Assembly (NCBI GenBank): GCA_964587195.1
Contig: CAZPKN010000003.1
Span: 1-61,277 of the forward strand
Origin: an uncultured Gammaproteobacteria bacterium
GTDB taxonomy: Bacteria > Patescibacteriota > Patescibacteriia > Patescibacteriales > UBA12465
Reading direction: 5' to 3'
DNA length: 61,277 bases
Below, piece after piece: positions 1 to 8,775 of the stretch. The number at the start of each line of letters is the position of its first letter. Position 1 is the first letter of the stretch. Made by a program: the position numbers and the translations under genes. The notes under the pieces were generated by a model. It did not search any database. It had not been told where the DNA came from and worked only from the letters and a program-made list of their open reading frames with translations.

Positions 1-107
1 CGGCTATCCGCGCTTTAAATGCCAATGGCTTAGAAGTTAGCTCCATTAAAGATACTACGCCGATTCCTCATAACGGCTGCCGTCCTAAGAAACCAAGACG
101 CGTCTAA
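1..107 (+). CDS. rpsK: 30S ribosomal protein S11, 3' part only
   Basis: Read by hand from base 3: [34 protein letters not shown], the S11 C-terminal [12 protein letters not shown] motif; directly upstream of rpsD. Confidence 0.96.
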   Translation, partial: AIRALNANGLEVSSIKDTTPIPHNGCRPKKPRRV

Positions 108-118
108 ATTATAATTAT

Positions 119-748
119 ATGGGAAGAAACATTGATAATAAATGCAAACAATGCCGTCGTGTCGGTGAAAAGCTTTTTCTAAAAGGCGATCGTTGTTCGA
201 CTCCGAAATGCGCGATGGTTAAGCGTAATTATGCTCCTGGCTTCCATGGCCCTAAAGGACATAAGCGTTTAAGCGGCTACGGTTTGCAATTACAAGAGAA
301 ACAGAAGGCAAAGAAGTATTACGGCTTGCTAGAAAAGCAATTTCGTTTGACTTATTCCAAGGCTTCAAAACAACAGGGTGATGCCGGTAAGAATTTCTTA
401 AAACTTTTAGAGATGCGCTTAGATAATGTTATTTATCGCTTAGGTTGGGCTTCGTCTCGCTCACAAGCGCGTCAATTAGTTAATCACGGACATTTTACTG
501 TTAATAATCGAAAAACTGATATTCCCTCATTCTCGGTTAAAATCGGTCAAGTTATTAAAATTAGAAAATCCAGTCAAAATAATCGCTTTTTCAAAGGTTT
601 AGATGAAAAATTAAAGAAAGCGGAAAGACCGAGCTGGCTAAATTTTGATGTTAAAGATTTAAGCGCTAAGGCTCTTCATGATCCGAAAGAAACCGATCTG
701 CCACAAAACATCAACGTTCAAATGATTATTGAGTATTACTCAAAATAA
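119..748 (+). CDS. rpsD: 30S ribosomal protein S4
   Basis: LEMRLDNVIYRLG and ARQLVNHGH motifs; N-terminal Cys zinc site. Confidence 0.98.
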   Translation: MGRNIDNKCKQCRRVGEKLFLKGDRCSTPKCAMVKRNYAPGFHGPKGHKRLSGYGLQLQEKQKAKKYYGLLEKQFRLTYSKASKQQGDAGKNFLKLLEMRLDNVIYRLGWASSRSQARQLVNHGHFTVNNRKTDIPSFSVKIGQVIKIRKSSQNNRFFKGLDEKLKKAERPSWLNFDVKDLSAKALHDPKETDLPQNINVQMIIEYYSK

Positions 749-796
749 ATTAATTGCCCGCTGGCAGACTATTATCTCCAGTGAGCCGCATTATCT

Positions 797-1615
797 ATGC
801 AAAATATCGCTTTACCTAAAAAAATCGACTTTAAGGCAGGAGCCGGGAACAATGAAGGCATTATTACTATTGAGCCTTTATTTCCAGGCTACGGCATGAC
901 TTTAGGAAACTCTCTTCGCCGCGTCTTACTGTCGTCTTTACCAGGGGCGGCCGTTATCGGCGCTAAGATTAAGGGGGCGAGCCATGAATTTATGGCTTTA
1001 CCTCATATCAAAGAAGACGTTTTAGAAATTATTTTAAACCTCAAGCAGCTGCGCTTAAAAGTGTTTACTGATGAGGAAATTCGTTTAGAGCTTAAGGTAA
1101 AGGGCAAGAAAGTAGTTAAGGCTTCTGATATTACGAAAAATAGCCAAGTAGAAATCAAAAATCCTGAACTGGTAATTGCTAACATTACTGATGAAGCTGG
1201 TAGTTTAGAAATTGAAATTGTCGTTAAAGAAGGCCGTGGTTATAAAATGCCTGAAGGCGCTAAAAAAGAAAATCGTGAGCTCGGCTATATTGAAATCGAT
1301 TCGATGTTTTCTCCGGTCATTTTGGTTTCTAGCAGCGTTGAAAGCGCTCGCGTCGGTAAGATGACTAACTGGGATAAACTAGTTCTTAACGTTAAAACTG
1401 ATGGAACTATTACTCCTGAAGAAGCGTTTAATGAATCAGTTAGAGTTTTAGTCGACCAGTATAGCGCTTTGCTTCCGGGAGCGATGTCTCAGGAAGTTGA
1501 AACTGAAGAAGAAGCCATTATGCCTGAAATTGAAGAAGAAGTTGTAGAAGCCGAAGAAGAAGTCGTGGAAGAGCCGACGGCTAAAAAAGAAACCAAAAAG
1601 AAAGCTAAAAAATAA
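797..1615 (+). CDS. rpoA: RNA polymerase alpha subunit, no recognisable alphaCTD
   Basis: EPLFPGYGMTLGNSLRRVLLSSLPG motif; ends in an E/K low-complexity tail instead of the CTD. Confidence 0.96.
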   Translation: MQNIALPKKIDFKAGAGNNEGIITIEPLFPGYGMTLGNSLRRVLLSSLPGAAVIGAKIKGASHEFMALPHIKEDVLEIILNLKQLRLKVFTDEEIRLELKVKGKKVVKASDITKNSQVEIKNPELVIANITDEAGSLEIEIVVKEGRGYKMPEGAKKENRELGYIEIDSMFSPVILVSSSVESARVGKMTNWDKLVLNVKTDGTITPEEAFNESVRVLVDQYSALLPGAMSQEVETEEEAIMPEIEEEVVEAEEEVVEEPTAKKETKKKAKK

Positions 1616-1642
1616 TTTGTAAATAATGTAAATCTAGTTGAT

Positions 1643-1993
1643 ATGCGTCACAGAAATAAAAACAAAATTTTAGATCGCCAGAAAGGACCAAGAGAGTTAA
1701 TGCTTCGCAACTTGGCTTCCAGTATTTTGCTGTACGAAAAGGTTAAGACAACCAAGGCTAAAGCTCAAGCTGTCCGACCTCTAGTTGAAAGAATGATTAC
1801 CGCTTCTAAGGCTGGTGATTTAGCAGCTCGCCGCGGTTTAATAAAGGTTCTTCTTCAGAAGAATGCTATAAAAAAAGCGATTGAAGTTTTGGGCGTCCGT
1901 TATAAGACTCGTCCGGGCGGTTATACTCGTATGACCAAATTAGGAAACAGAGCCGGCGATGGAGCGGAAATGGTCCAAATTGAATTAGTATAA
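1643..1993 (+). CDS. rplQ: 50S ribosomal protein L17
   Basis: MRHR start; RPGGYTR and RAGDGAEMVQIELV motifs. Confidence 0.97.
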   Translation: MRHRNKNKILDRQKGPRELMLRNLASSILLYEKVKTTKAKAQAVRPLVERMITASKAGDLAARRGLIKVLLQKNAIKKAIEVLGVRYKTRPGGYTRMTKLGNRAGDGAEMVQIELV

Positions 1994-1997
1994 AATT

Positions 1998-2354
1998 ATG
2001 AAAAATATCGAAAGAAAATTACATCAACTAGACGCCACTGATTTAACGGTCGGCCGTTTAGCGACTAAAATCGCGACTATGTTGCGCGGCAAGAATAAGC
2101 CTGAATATCAGCCCCATCTTGATTTAGGCGATATTGTTGAAGTGAAGAATGTTTCTAAAATGAAATTTACCGGCAATAAACTTGATCAGAAACAGTATAA
2201 GCATTATTCCGGTTATTTGGGCGGCTTAAAGAGCAAGAAGATGTCGACTGTTTTTACTGTTAATCCTGGCGATGTTTTATATCGTGCTGTTCGCGAAATG
2301 TTGCCCCCGACTAAATTACGTGTCGGTATGTTAAAAAGATTAATCATTAAATAA
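1998..2354 (+). CDS. rplM: 50S ribosomal protein L13, short C-terminus
   Basis: DATDLTVGRLATKIATMLRGKNKP, PHLDLGD and HYSGYLGGLK motifs. Confidence 0.96.
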   Translation: MKNIERKLHQLDATDLTVGRLATKIATMLRGKNKPEYQPHLDLGDIVEVKNVSKMKFTGNKLDQKQYKHYSGYLGGLKSKKMSTVFTVNPGDVLYRAVREMLPPTKLRVGMLKRLIIK

Positions 2355-2355
2355 T

Positions 2356-2853
2356 ATGGCGGTAAATAAGATACAAGATTCTCAGGAAAACGAAATCGAA
2401 ATTAAAGAAATCGATAATTTAGACGAAGCCAGAGAATGGACTAAGAACGAAGCGGCGGAATTTGTCGGCAAATATACAAAAGCCATTGGTCGCCGTAAAA
2501 AGGCAGTCGCTCAAGTTCGTTTATATGAAAATGGCAAAGGCGTAATTATTATCAACGGCCAAAGAGCCACTGAATATTTCCCAGGCGCCGGCTTTGGTTT
2601 AATCGTTCAACCTTTGAAAGTTACCGGCCATCTTCGTGATTTTAATTTTTCTATTCTAGTATCTGGCGGCGGAAAGATGGGTCAAGTCGATGCGGTTCGT
2701 TTAGGAATTTCCCGAGCTATTTTAGCCTTACACCCAGAAACCAAAGAGGCCTTGAAAGCTAATGATTTCCTAACTCGTGACCCTCGCCAAGTTGAAAGAA
2801 AGAAACCGGGTTTACGCAAAGCGAGAAAAGCCCCACAATGGTCAAAACGTTAA
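2356..2853 (+). CDS. rpsI: 30S ribosomal protein S9 with N-terminal extension
   Basis: GRRKKAVAQVRL motif; LTRDPRQVERKKPGLRKARKAPQWSKR C-terminus. Confidence 0.97.
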   Translation: MAVNKIQDSQENEIEIKEIDNLDEAREWTKNEAAEFVGKYTKAIGRRKKAVAQVRLYENGKGVIIINGQRATEYFPGAGFGLIVQPLKVTGHLRDFNFSILVSGGGKMGQVDAVRLGISRAILALHPETKEALKANDFLTRDPRQVERKKPGLRKARKAPQWSKR

Positions 2854-2877
2854 TATTTAATTTCAAAATAATAAAAG

Positions 2878-2904
2878 AGCATCTGGTTTTCCCGATGCTT
2901 TTTT
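2878..2904 (+). terminator. Intrinsic terminator after rpsI
   Basis: AGCATC / GATGCT stem followed by a T run. Confidence 0.6.
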
Positions 2905-2912
2905 GGTATAAT
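2904..2912 (+). promoter_or_regulatory. Extended -10 promoter for the zeta-like gene
   Basis: TGGTATAAT ending 7 nt upstream of ATG 2920. Confidence 0.5.
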
Positions 2913-2919
2913 TTACGAT

Positions 2920-3630
2920 ATGACACTTCTTCCTGATGAGGCCTATAGATTTATAAAAAAGAATAAAAATAAACTTATAGAACAGTTTATTTTTGATGGT
3001 ACGGAAAAGAATAAGCGCCCAATCTTTATTTTTATGGCTGGAGCGCCTGGAGCCGGTAAAACGGAATTCTCTAAAAACTTGATTAAAATATTGAAGGAAA
3101 ATATTTGTCGCAGTGGAATTGTGAGGATTGATGCCGATGAAATCAGGGAGAATCTAAAAAAATTCGGTTACGATGGTAGTAATTCAGATGTTTTTAAAAG
3201 GGCTTGCGGAAAAGGAGTGGAAGTTTTATTTGATTATTGTTTGAAAAATAAATTTCACACTGTTTTAGACGGTACGCTTTCTTCATTGGAGATTGCTGAG
3301 AGAAATATTAAGGCTGCGTTAAGTATTTCCGCCGAAGTGTTTGTTATATATATTTATCAAGAACCAGAAATTGCTTGGGGATTTACTAAGCTTAGAGAGA
3401 AAAAAGAGGGAAGACATATTTCTAAAAAATTGTTTATTGAATCACTTTTTCAATCAATACAAAATGTCAATTGGCTAAAAGTCGAGTATGGGAAAAAGAT
3501 TGAAGTCTGGTTAGTAGAAAAAACCATATCTCATAATGTAAAGAAAATAAGATTTAACATAAGCAATATTGACAAACATTTAAAAATAGATTATGCTAGT
3601 TCAGACTTAAATAATAAATTATATGAGTAA
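2920..3630 (+). CDS. Zeta-toxin-family P-loop kinase
   Basis: FMAGAPGAGKT Walker A, RIDADEIR and VLDGTLS motifs typical of the zeta toxin domain. Confidence 0.8.
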   Translation: MTLLPDEAYRFIKKNKNKLIEQFIFDGTEKNKRPIFIFMAGAPGAGKTEFSKNLIKILKENICRSGIVRIDADEIRENLKKFGYDGSNSDVFKRACGKGVEVLFDYCLKNKFHTVLDGTLSSLEIAERNIKAALSISAEVFVIYIYQEPEIAWGFTKLREKKEGRHISKKLFIESLFQSIQNVNWLKVEYGKKIEVWLVEKTISHNVKKIRFNISNIDKHLKIDYASSDLNNKLYE

Positions 3631-3787
3631 TACAAATAATGAAAAGAAATTCTTTGGGCTTGATTCTTCCGATAAGGCAAAAATAGTCCGTAAGGCCGCC
3701 GATTTGGCAAAGAAGGATCAGTTAAATTTGGTTAATAGATACGGAGGAATACAGGCGATTGGTAGTTATTGTAAAACTAATCAATAG
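3623..3787 (+). CDS. 54-aa ORF, candidate partner/antitoxin of the zeta-like kinase (not in ORF track)
   Basis: MSNTNNEKKFFGLDSSDKAKIVRKAADLAKKDQLNLVNRYGGIQAIGSYCKTNQ*; its start overlaps the zeta stop (ATGAGTAA); terminator follows. Confidence 0.6.
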   Translation: MSNTNNEKKFFGLDSSDKAKIVRKAADLAKKDQLNLVNRYGGIQAIGSYCKTNQ

Positions 3788-3798
3788 AAACTTTGATA

Positions 3799-3826
3799 AA
3801 AAACGCTTACCTATTTAGCGTTTTTT
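3799..3826. terminator. Bidirectional intrinsic terminator
   Basis: AAAAACGCT / AGCGTTTTT 9-bp stem. Confidence 0.7.
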
Positions 3827-3857
3827 ATTTTATAGAGAGTGTTATAATTAACTTATT

Positions 3858-4961
3858 ATGACTCAAGAAGCTAAAAAAATAAATGAACTTGCAGATAAAC
3901 TTCTGAAATTAGAGGTAGTTTTAGGATTATCTATAAAACGCGAAAAATTAGCGGATATAAAAAAGCTCCAAGAAAGTCCCGATTTCTGGAATAACAGAGA
4001 AAAGGCGATTTCAGTCGCTCAAGAAGTGGAAGCTGTGTCAGTACAGATTAAGCCTTTTGATAAGTTAAATGAAAATATAAAAGAAGCCAAGGAACTAATC
4101 AGCCTTTTAGAGGATGAAGCCTCAGAAGAACTTTTAAATGAGCTTAATTTGAAAATTATTGATTTAGAAAAGGAGTTAGCTGATTTGGAATTTTTTTCGC
4201 TACTTTCAGAAAAATATGATAATAACGCCGCTTTTATTTCGCTTCATTCCGGAACGGGCGGCGTTGATGCTCAGGATTGGACAGAAATGCTGGAGCGTAT
4301 GTACTTGCGGTTTGCAGAACGGCGCGGTTTTAAGGCCGAGATTTTAGATGTAAATTATGGTAATGAAGCCGGACTGAAAAGCGCTGATTTAAAACTTTCC
4401 GGGCCCTTTGCTTATGGTTATTTAAAGAGTGAAAACGGTACGCATCGACTACTGCGCAATTCGCCTTTTAATGCTGATGGCCTGCGTCAAACATCTTTTG
4501 CCCTAATTGAAGTTATTCCGGAAATACCCGAAAGCGAAGCGGGGGTTATTAAAAACGAAGATGTAAAAATAGACGTTTTTCGCTCTAGCGGTCCGGGCGG
4601 ACAAAGCGTTAATACAACGGACTCGGCTGTCCGTTTAACGCATCTTCCGACTGGCATTGTTGTGTCTTGTCAAAACGAGAGGTCCCAGCATCAGAACAAA
4701 GAAAATGCTTTTAAGATTCTACGGAGTAAATTAGCCCTTTTGGCCATGGAGAAAAGGGAAGAAGAGGAAAAAAATTTAAAAGGGGGCATTAGAAAAGCAG
4801 AGTGGGGAGCGCAGATTCGCTCGTATTGTCTGTATGGCAATAAATATGTTAAAGACCATCGAACTAATCAAGAGACTTCTAATGTTGAAGCGGTTTTAGA
4901 TGGTGATTTAGAAAAGTTTATGGAAGCCTATTTACGCTTTTTGAAAAACCAAACTTCTTAG
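3858..4961 (+). CDS. prfB: Peptide chain release factor 2
   Basis: SPF stop-recognition motif and GPGGQ motif; continuous ORF with no frameshift. Confidence 0.96.
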   Translation: MTQEAKKINELADKLLKLEVVLGLSIKREKLADIKKLQESPDFWNNREKAISVAQEVEAVSVQIKPFDKLNENIKEAKELISLLEDEASEELLNELNLKIIDLEKELADLEFFSLLSEKYDNNAAFISLHSGTGGVDAQDWTEMLERMYLRFAERRGFKAEILDVNYGNEAGLKSADLKLSGPFAYGYLKSENGTHRLLRNSPFNADGLRQTSFALIEVIPEIPESEAGVIKNEDVKIDVFRSSGPGGQSVNTTDSAVRLTHLPTGIVVSCQNERSQHQNKENAFKILRSKLALLAMEKREEEEKNLKGGIRKAEWGAQIRSYCLYGNKYVKDHRTNQETSNVEAVLDGDLEKFMEAYLRFLKNQTS

Positions 4962-5054
4962 AAAAAATTTTTTCTAAATATTTTCTTTATTATCTTTAAC
5001 TAAAATTTAGGTTAATTATTTTAAAATATCCTTATTATCTAAGGGTGTTTTTTT

Positions 5055-6473
5055 ATGGATAAAATTTTTGTTTGGCGTCAGTTTTTCTCGAGGCGTTCTA
5101 ATATTTTTTTAGTCTTTAACCTTTTATTTATCGTAATAATTTTTTTAATCGGTTTGAAGCCGGAAAATCTACGGCGCCAGCTTGGGCCGAAGGATATTGC
5201 TTATTATAACGATAAAACTTTAACTATTAAGGGGTTAGTTTGCGAAGAAGCGGATGTGGATTATAAAAGCCGGCGTCTAACGGTTTGCGCTGACAGTCCA
5301 GTTCAAGGCCGAGTTTTAGTTAGCAGCAATTTATATCCAGTTTACGATTATGGCGACTATTTAGAGATTTCCGGGAAGCTACAAGCCCCGCCCGAGATAG
5401 ATGGTTTCGATTATGATGCTTATTTGGCGCGCTATGATATTTATTCGGTCATGTATTTTGCTCGTCTGAAAAAAATTAGTGGCCCAGCTTTATCATTGAG
5501 TCAGCTTATTTATAAACATTTAATTAATATTAAACAATCATTAGTTCATATTTTAAATTGCTATCTTCCCGAACCGGAAGCGGGACTGGCCAACGCGATT
5601 TTATTCGGTTATCGGCGAACGGTTTTGCGTTCTGATCTGGATGTTTTCGCCCGTGTCGGCTTAAGCCATATGATTGCTATTTCCGGCTCGCACATTACGA
5701 TTTTAAGCGCCATGATTATTAATTTTTTTCTGTTTCTCGGTTTATCGCGGCGGCGCGCCCTGCAGTCCGTTTTTTTGTTTTTATTTATTTATCCTTTAAT
5801 TACCGGATTATCGGCTTCGGCTGTTCGTTCGGCAATTATGGGCGCCCTCGCTTTTTTAGCGGTTTATTATCAACGTTTTAGCTCGTTTATTAAAGCGCTG
5901 ATTTTTTCCGCCGCTTTAATGCTCGCCTTTAATCGCCAACTACTTGCCTCGGATATTGGTTTCCAATTATCATTTTTAGCTATCTTAGGAATTATTTATC
6001 TTTATCCGATTGGCGAGGAGAAAACACGGCTCTGGCTTAATAAGCGAAAACTGCGCCGCGGTGTTTATAATTTTTGGAAAGTAATTTTTGATACCGTTAA
6101 CTTAACGGTAGTTTCACAAATTGTTATTCTGCCGATTGCGTTAATAAATTTTAAGCAATTATCTATTATTGCGCCTCTTGCTAATGTTCTGGTGCTTTGG
6201 ACATTTCCGCCGCTTTTAGCCGCTCTGATAATTGCCATCGCTCTAGCGGCTATTTGTCCTCTCGCCGGTACTTTATTTTTTCTGCCGGCTTATGGATTAT
6301 TAAAATATATTTTTGTTTTGTCGCAGTGGTTATCTAGGCCAAGCTGGGCGGCGGTCAATATTACGGGTTTTAATTGGATTTTGGGGGCAGGGTATTACTT
6401 AGTTTTAATTTGGCTAATATATCGCTATAAAAGAAAAAAGGGGTCGAGCGCATCACTGCGACCGAACCCCTAA
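5055..6473 (+). CDS. comEC: ComEC/Rec2 competence protein (OB-like plus Competence domain, no beta-lactamase domain)
   Basis: GLSHMIAISGSH, SASAVRSAIM and DIGFQLSF motifs; multiple TM segments. Confidence 0.9.
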   Translation: MDKIFVWRQFFSRRSNIFLVFNLLFIVIIFLIGLKPENLRRQLGPKDIAYYNDKTLTIKGLVCEEADVDYKSRRLTVCADSPVQGRVLVSSNLYPVYDYGDYLEISGKLQAPPEIDGFDYDAYLARYDIYSVMYFARLKKISGPALSLSQLIYKHLINIKQSLVHILNCYLPEPEAGLANAILFGYRRTVLRSDLDVFARVGLSHMIAISGSHITILSAMIINFFLFLGLSRRRALQSVFLFLFIYPLITGLSASAVRSAIMGALAFLAVYYQRFSSFIKALIFSAALMLAFNRQLLASDIGFQLSFLAILGIIYLYPIGEEKTRLWLNKRKLRRGVYNFWKVIFDTVNLTVVSQIVILPIALINFKQLSIIAPLANVLVLWTFPPLLAALIIAIALAAICPLAGTLFFLPAYGLLKYIFVLSQWLSRPSWAAVNITGFNWILGAGYYLVLIWLIYRYKRKKGSSASLRPNP

Positions 6474-6542
6474 CATAAATGTTTCGTGATTATTGGGAGC
6501 AATAATCAAGTTAATTAAATCACTAGTTCTTCTTTTAGTCAA
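6433..6542 (-). ncRNA. Candidate ~75-nt small RNA with its own promoter, antisense to the comEC 3' end
   Basis: Minus strand TTGACT(6542-6537)-N17-TTTAAT(6519-6514) with TGn extension, then hairpin GATTATTG-CTCC-CAATAATC and a GUGA-capped stem followed by a U run. Confidence 0.4.
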
Positions 6543-6570
6543 TACCCGGTAAAAGTGGAGCGGCAATACA

Positions 6571-6600
6571 AAAAACCACCTCGATAAAGAGGTGGTTTTT
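6571..6600. terminator. Terminator of rpmB (bidirectional)
   Basis: AAAAACCACCTC / GAGGTGGTTTTT 12-bp stem. Confidence 0.8.
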
Positions 6601-6617
6601 AAATTGAGATTGATCAA

Positions 6618-6920
6618 TTATTTCTTTTTAGCAGTTTTTGGAGTAACTACTTTAACTCTTTTAGGAGCACTTTTAGCGCCAGCCTTCTTTGCTTTTAGGG
6701 CTTTTGCTTCGCCTTCCTTTAAAGCCGGTTTTCTCTTGGCCTTAACGCGCTTCGGTTTATCCATAGTTCTGATGCAAGAAGTACAGAGGCGCAATTTCAA
6801 ACCTTCAACCATTTTAGTCTGTAAGTTGATATTCTGTCTTTTGAGAGTTTTGATTTTAGAGTGGGAACGAGAAGCGCCTTTAGTCGCGCTGCGGCCGCAT
6901 AAATCGCATTTTTTTGCCAT
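6618..6920 (-). CDS. rpmB: 50S ribosomal protein L28 with Lys/Ala-rich C-terminal extension
   Basis: KKCDLCGR, RSHSKIKTLKRQNINLQ and LRLCTSCIRT motifs. Confidence 0.93.
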   Translation of the reverse strand: MAKKCDLCGRSATKGASRSHSKIKTLKRQNINLQTKMVEGLKLRLCTSCIRTMDKPKRVKAKRKPALKEGEAKALKAKKAGAKSAPKRVKVVTPKTAKKK

Positions 6921-7048
6921 ATTATCGCTTGCTTATTTTTAGCTTAATTAATGACTTAATCTTAACAGCCTTTTTAAAATTAATCAAGATATGGTAAAAT
7001 AAAGTCAGATTTGAGTTAATTTTTTATTACCTTTTATTTCAACGGAAT

Positions 7049-7648
7049 ATGATTTATGTCTTTCAAATTATTGTGCTTGTCTTTTCAGCCGTTATCCATG
7101 AATATATGCATGGTTGGGTAGCGCATCGTTTAGGAGATATGACCGCTAAGAATGCTGGCCGTTTAACCCTCAACCCTTTTAAGCATCTAGAATGGTTCGG
7201 CTCTTTTTTTCTGCCGCTCGTGATGCTAATCAGTAATATGCCTTTTCTGTTTGCCTGGGCGAAGCCAGTCCCTTATAATCCTTATCATTTAAAGGATAAA
7301 AAATATGGGGAGGCGAAAGTGGCCATTGCCGGATCCCTGGGAAATTTAGCGATTGCTCTTTTTTTTGGCTTATTCTTAAGGGTTTTCTCTCCCGGAGGAA
7401 TAGTTTTTTTTGGCTTGGTAAGCCTGATAGTTTATATCAACTTAATCTTAGCAACTTTTAATTTAGTTCCTTTGCCGCCGCTGGACGGCTCCAAAGTTCT
7501 AGCCGCCTTTTTGCCGGCTAAAGCGCGTGAGAAATTCTTATCGCTCGAACGCTTCGGATTTGTACTAGTAATTCTCTTTGTAATGCTGGCCGGAAGCGCA
7601 ATTATCCCAGTGGTTAATTTTCTCTTTAACGTTATTGTTGGGAGCTAA
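7049..7648 (+). CDS. Site-2 protease family (M50) membrane metalloprotease
   Basis: HEYMH, RLTLNPFKHL and FNLVPLPPLDGS motifs. Confidence 0.92.
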   Translation: MIYVFQIIVLVFSAVIHEYMHGWVAHRLGDMTAKNAGRLTLNPFKHLEWFGSFFLPLVMLISNMPFLFAWAKPVPYNPYHLKDKKYGEAKVAIAGSLGNLAIALFFGLFLRVFSPGGIVFFGLVSLIVYINLILATFNLVPLPPLDGSKVLAAFLPAKAREKFLSLERFGFVLVILFVMLAGSAIIPVVNFLFNVIVGS

Positions 7649-7691
7649 GAGAGTCTAAGCTATTTTTAGCCGGTTTTCTGGTTATCCTGTC

Positions 7692-7720
7692 TTGACTTAT
7701 CTTTTTGATTTTGTTAAATT
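7692..7720 (+). promoter_or_regulatory. Sigma70 promoter of the str operon
   Basis: TTGACT-N17-TAAATT with TGn extension upstream of rpsL. Confidence 0.55.
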
Positions 7721-7836
7721 ATATTAGTGTCAAAAATTAGGTAAATCCATCCTGAATTATCAGGATATTTTTAATATATCGTAAAAGTATTATAAAAATA
7801 GCACAGGTTTTATCCTGGCTAAAATTAACAGAAATT

Positions 7837-8256
7837 ATGCCAACCATTAATCAATTGGTCCGTCACGGCCGCCAGAAAGTTGCCGCTCGCAAGAACGCTA
7901 TCGCTTTACACAGCAGCCTAGACTCCTTACACCGCAAGAAAAAAGAAACCGCTAAAGGCGCTCCTTTTAAGCAAGGCGTCTGCTTAAAGGTAACCACGAC
8001 TACTCCTAAAAAGCCGAACTCCGCTTTACGTAAAATTGCTCGCGTCCGCTTATCTAACGGCATGGAAGTTACTGCTTATATTCCAGGCATGGGCCATAAT
8101 CTTCAGGAACACTCCATTGTTCTTGTTAAAGGAGGAAAGACTAAAGATTTGCCGGGCGTTCGCTATAAAGTCGTCCGCGGCGTTTTTGACGCTTCCGGCG
8201 TTGAAGCGCGCCGCCAGGGAAGAAGCTGCTACGGCGCTAAGAAACCGAAAAAATAA
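7837..8256 (+). CDS. rpsL: 30S ribosomal protein S12
   Basis: MPTINQLVR start; [17 protein letters not shown] and KDLPGVRY motifs. Confidence 0.98.
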   Translation: MPTINQLVRHGRQKVAARKNAIALHSSLDSLHRKKKETAKGAPFKQGVCLKVTTTTPKKPNSALRKIARVRLSNGMEVTAYIPGMGHNLQEHSIVLVKGGKTKDLPGVRYKVVRGVFDASGVEARRQGRSCYGAKKPKK

Positions 8257-8268
8257 TTTTAAAATAAT

Positions 8269-8748
8269 ATGAGAGGCAAACCAGCTCCTAAAAGAGTCAT
8301 TGAAGGCGATTCTAAATATAATGATTTAAATATCGCTAAGTTCATCAATTACGTCATGGAAAGAGGTAAGAAAGCGACGGCCGAGTCCATTGTCTATAAG
8401 GCGTTTGATATTTTAAAGGAAAAAACTAAGCAAGATCCGCGCCATATTTTTAATAAGGCGATTAAGAAAGTTTCTCCGCTCGTAGAAGTTCGCGGTAAGC
8501 GCGTCGGCGGAGCGAATTATCAGGTCCCTTTCCAGGTTAGAGGCGAAAGACGCTATTTCTTGGGCTGTAATTGGATTATTAAGGCGGCTAACGATAGAAA
8601 GGGCCGTTCGACTGCTGAAAAGTTAGCGACGGAGATTTTAGACGCTTCTAATGGCGAAGGCGTGGCGGTTAAGAAAAGAGAAGCGGTGCATAAGATGGCT
8701 GAAGCTAATAAAGCGTTTGCCCATTTTTCTCGCTCCAGATCTAAGTAA
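8269..8748 (+). CDS. rpsG: 30S ribosomal protein S7
   Basis: RVGGANYQVP and HKMAEANKAFAHF motifs. Confidence 0.98.
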   Translation: MRGKPAPKRVIEGDSKYNDLNIAKFINYVMERGKKATAESIVYKAFDILKEKTKQDPRHIFNKAIKKVSPLVEVRGKRVGGANYQVPFQVRGERRYFLGCNWIIKAANDRKGRSTAEKLATEILDASNGEGVAVKKREAVHKMAEANKAFAHFSRSRSK

Positions 8749-8775
8749 TTTAATTTTTAAACATTTTTATAATTT

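Noticed and set aside
3858-3960. Programmed +1 frameshift in prfB
   Set aside because: The ORF is continuous from ATG 3858 and there is no CTT-TGA site; loss of this frameshift is common and not remarkable
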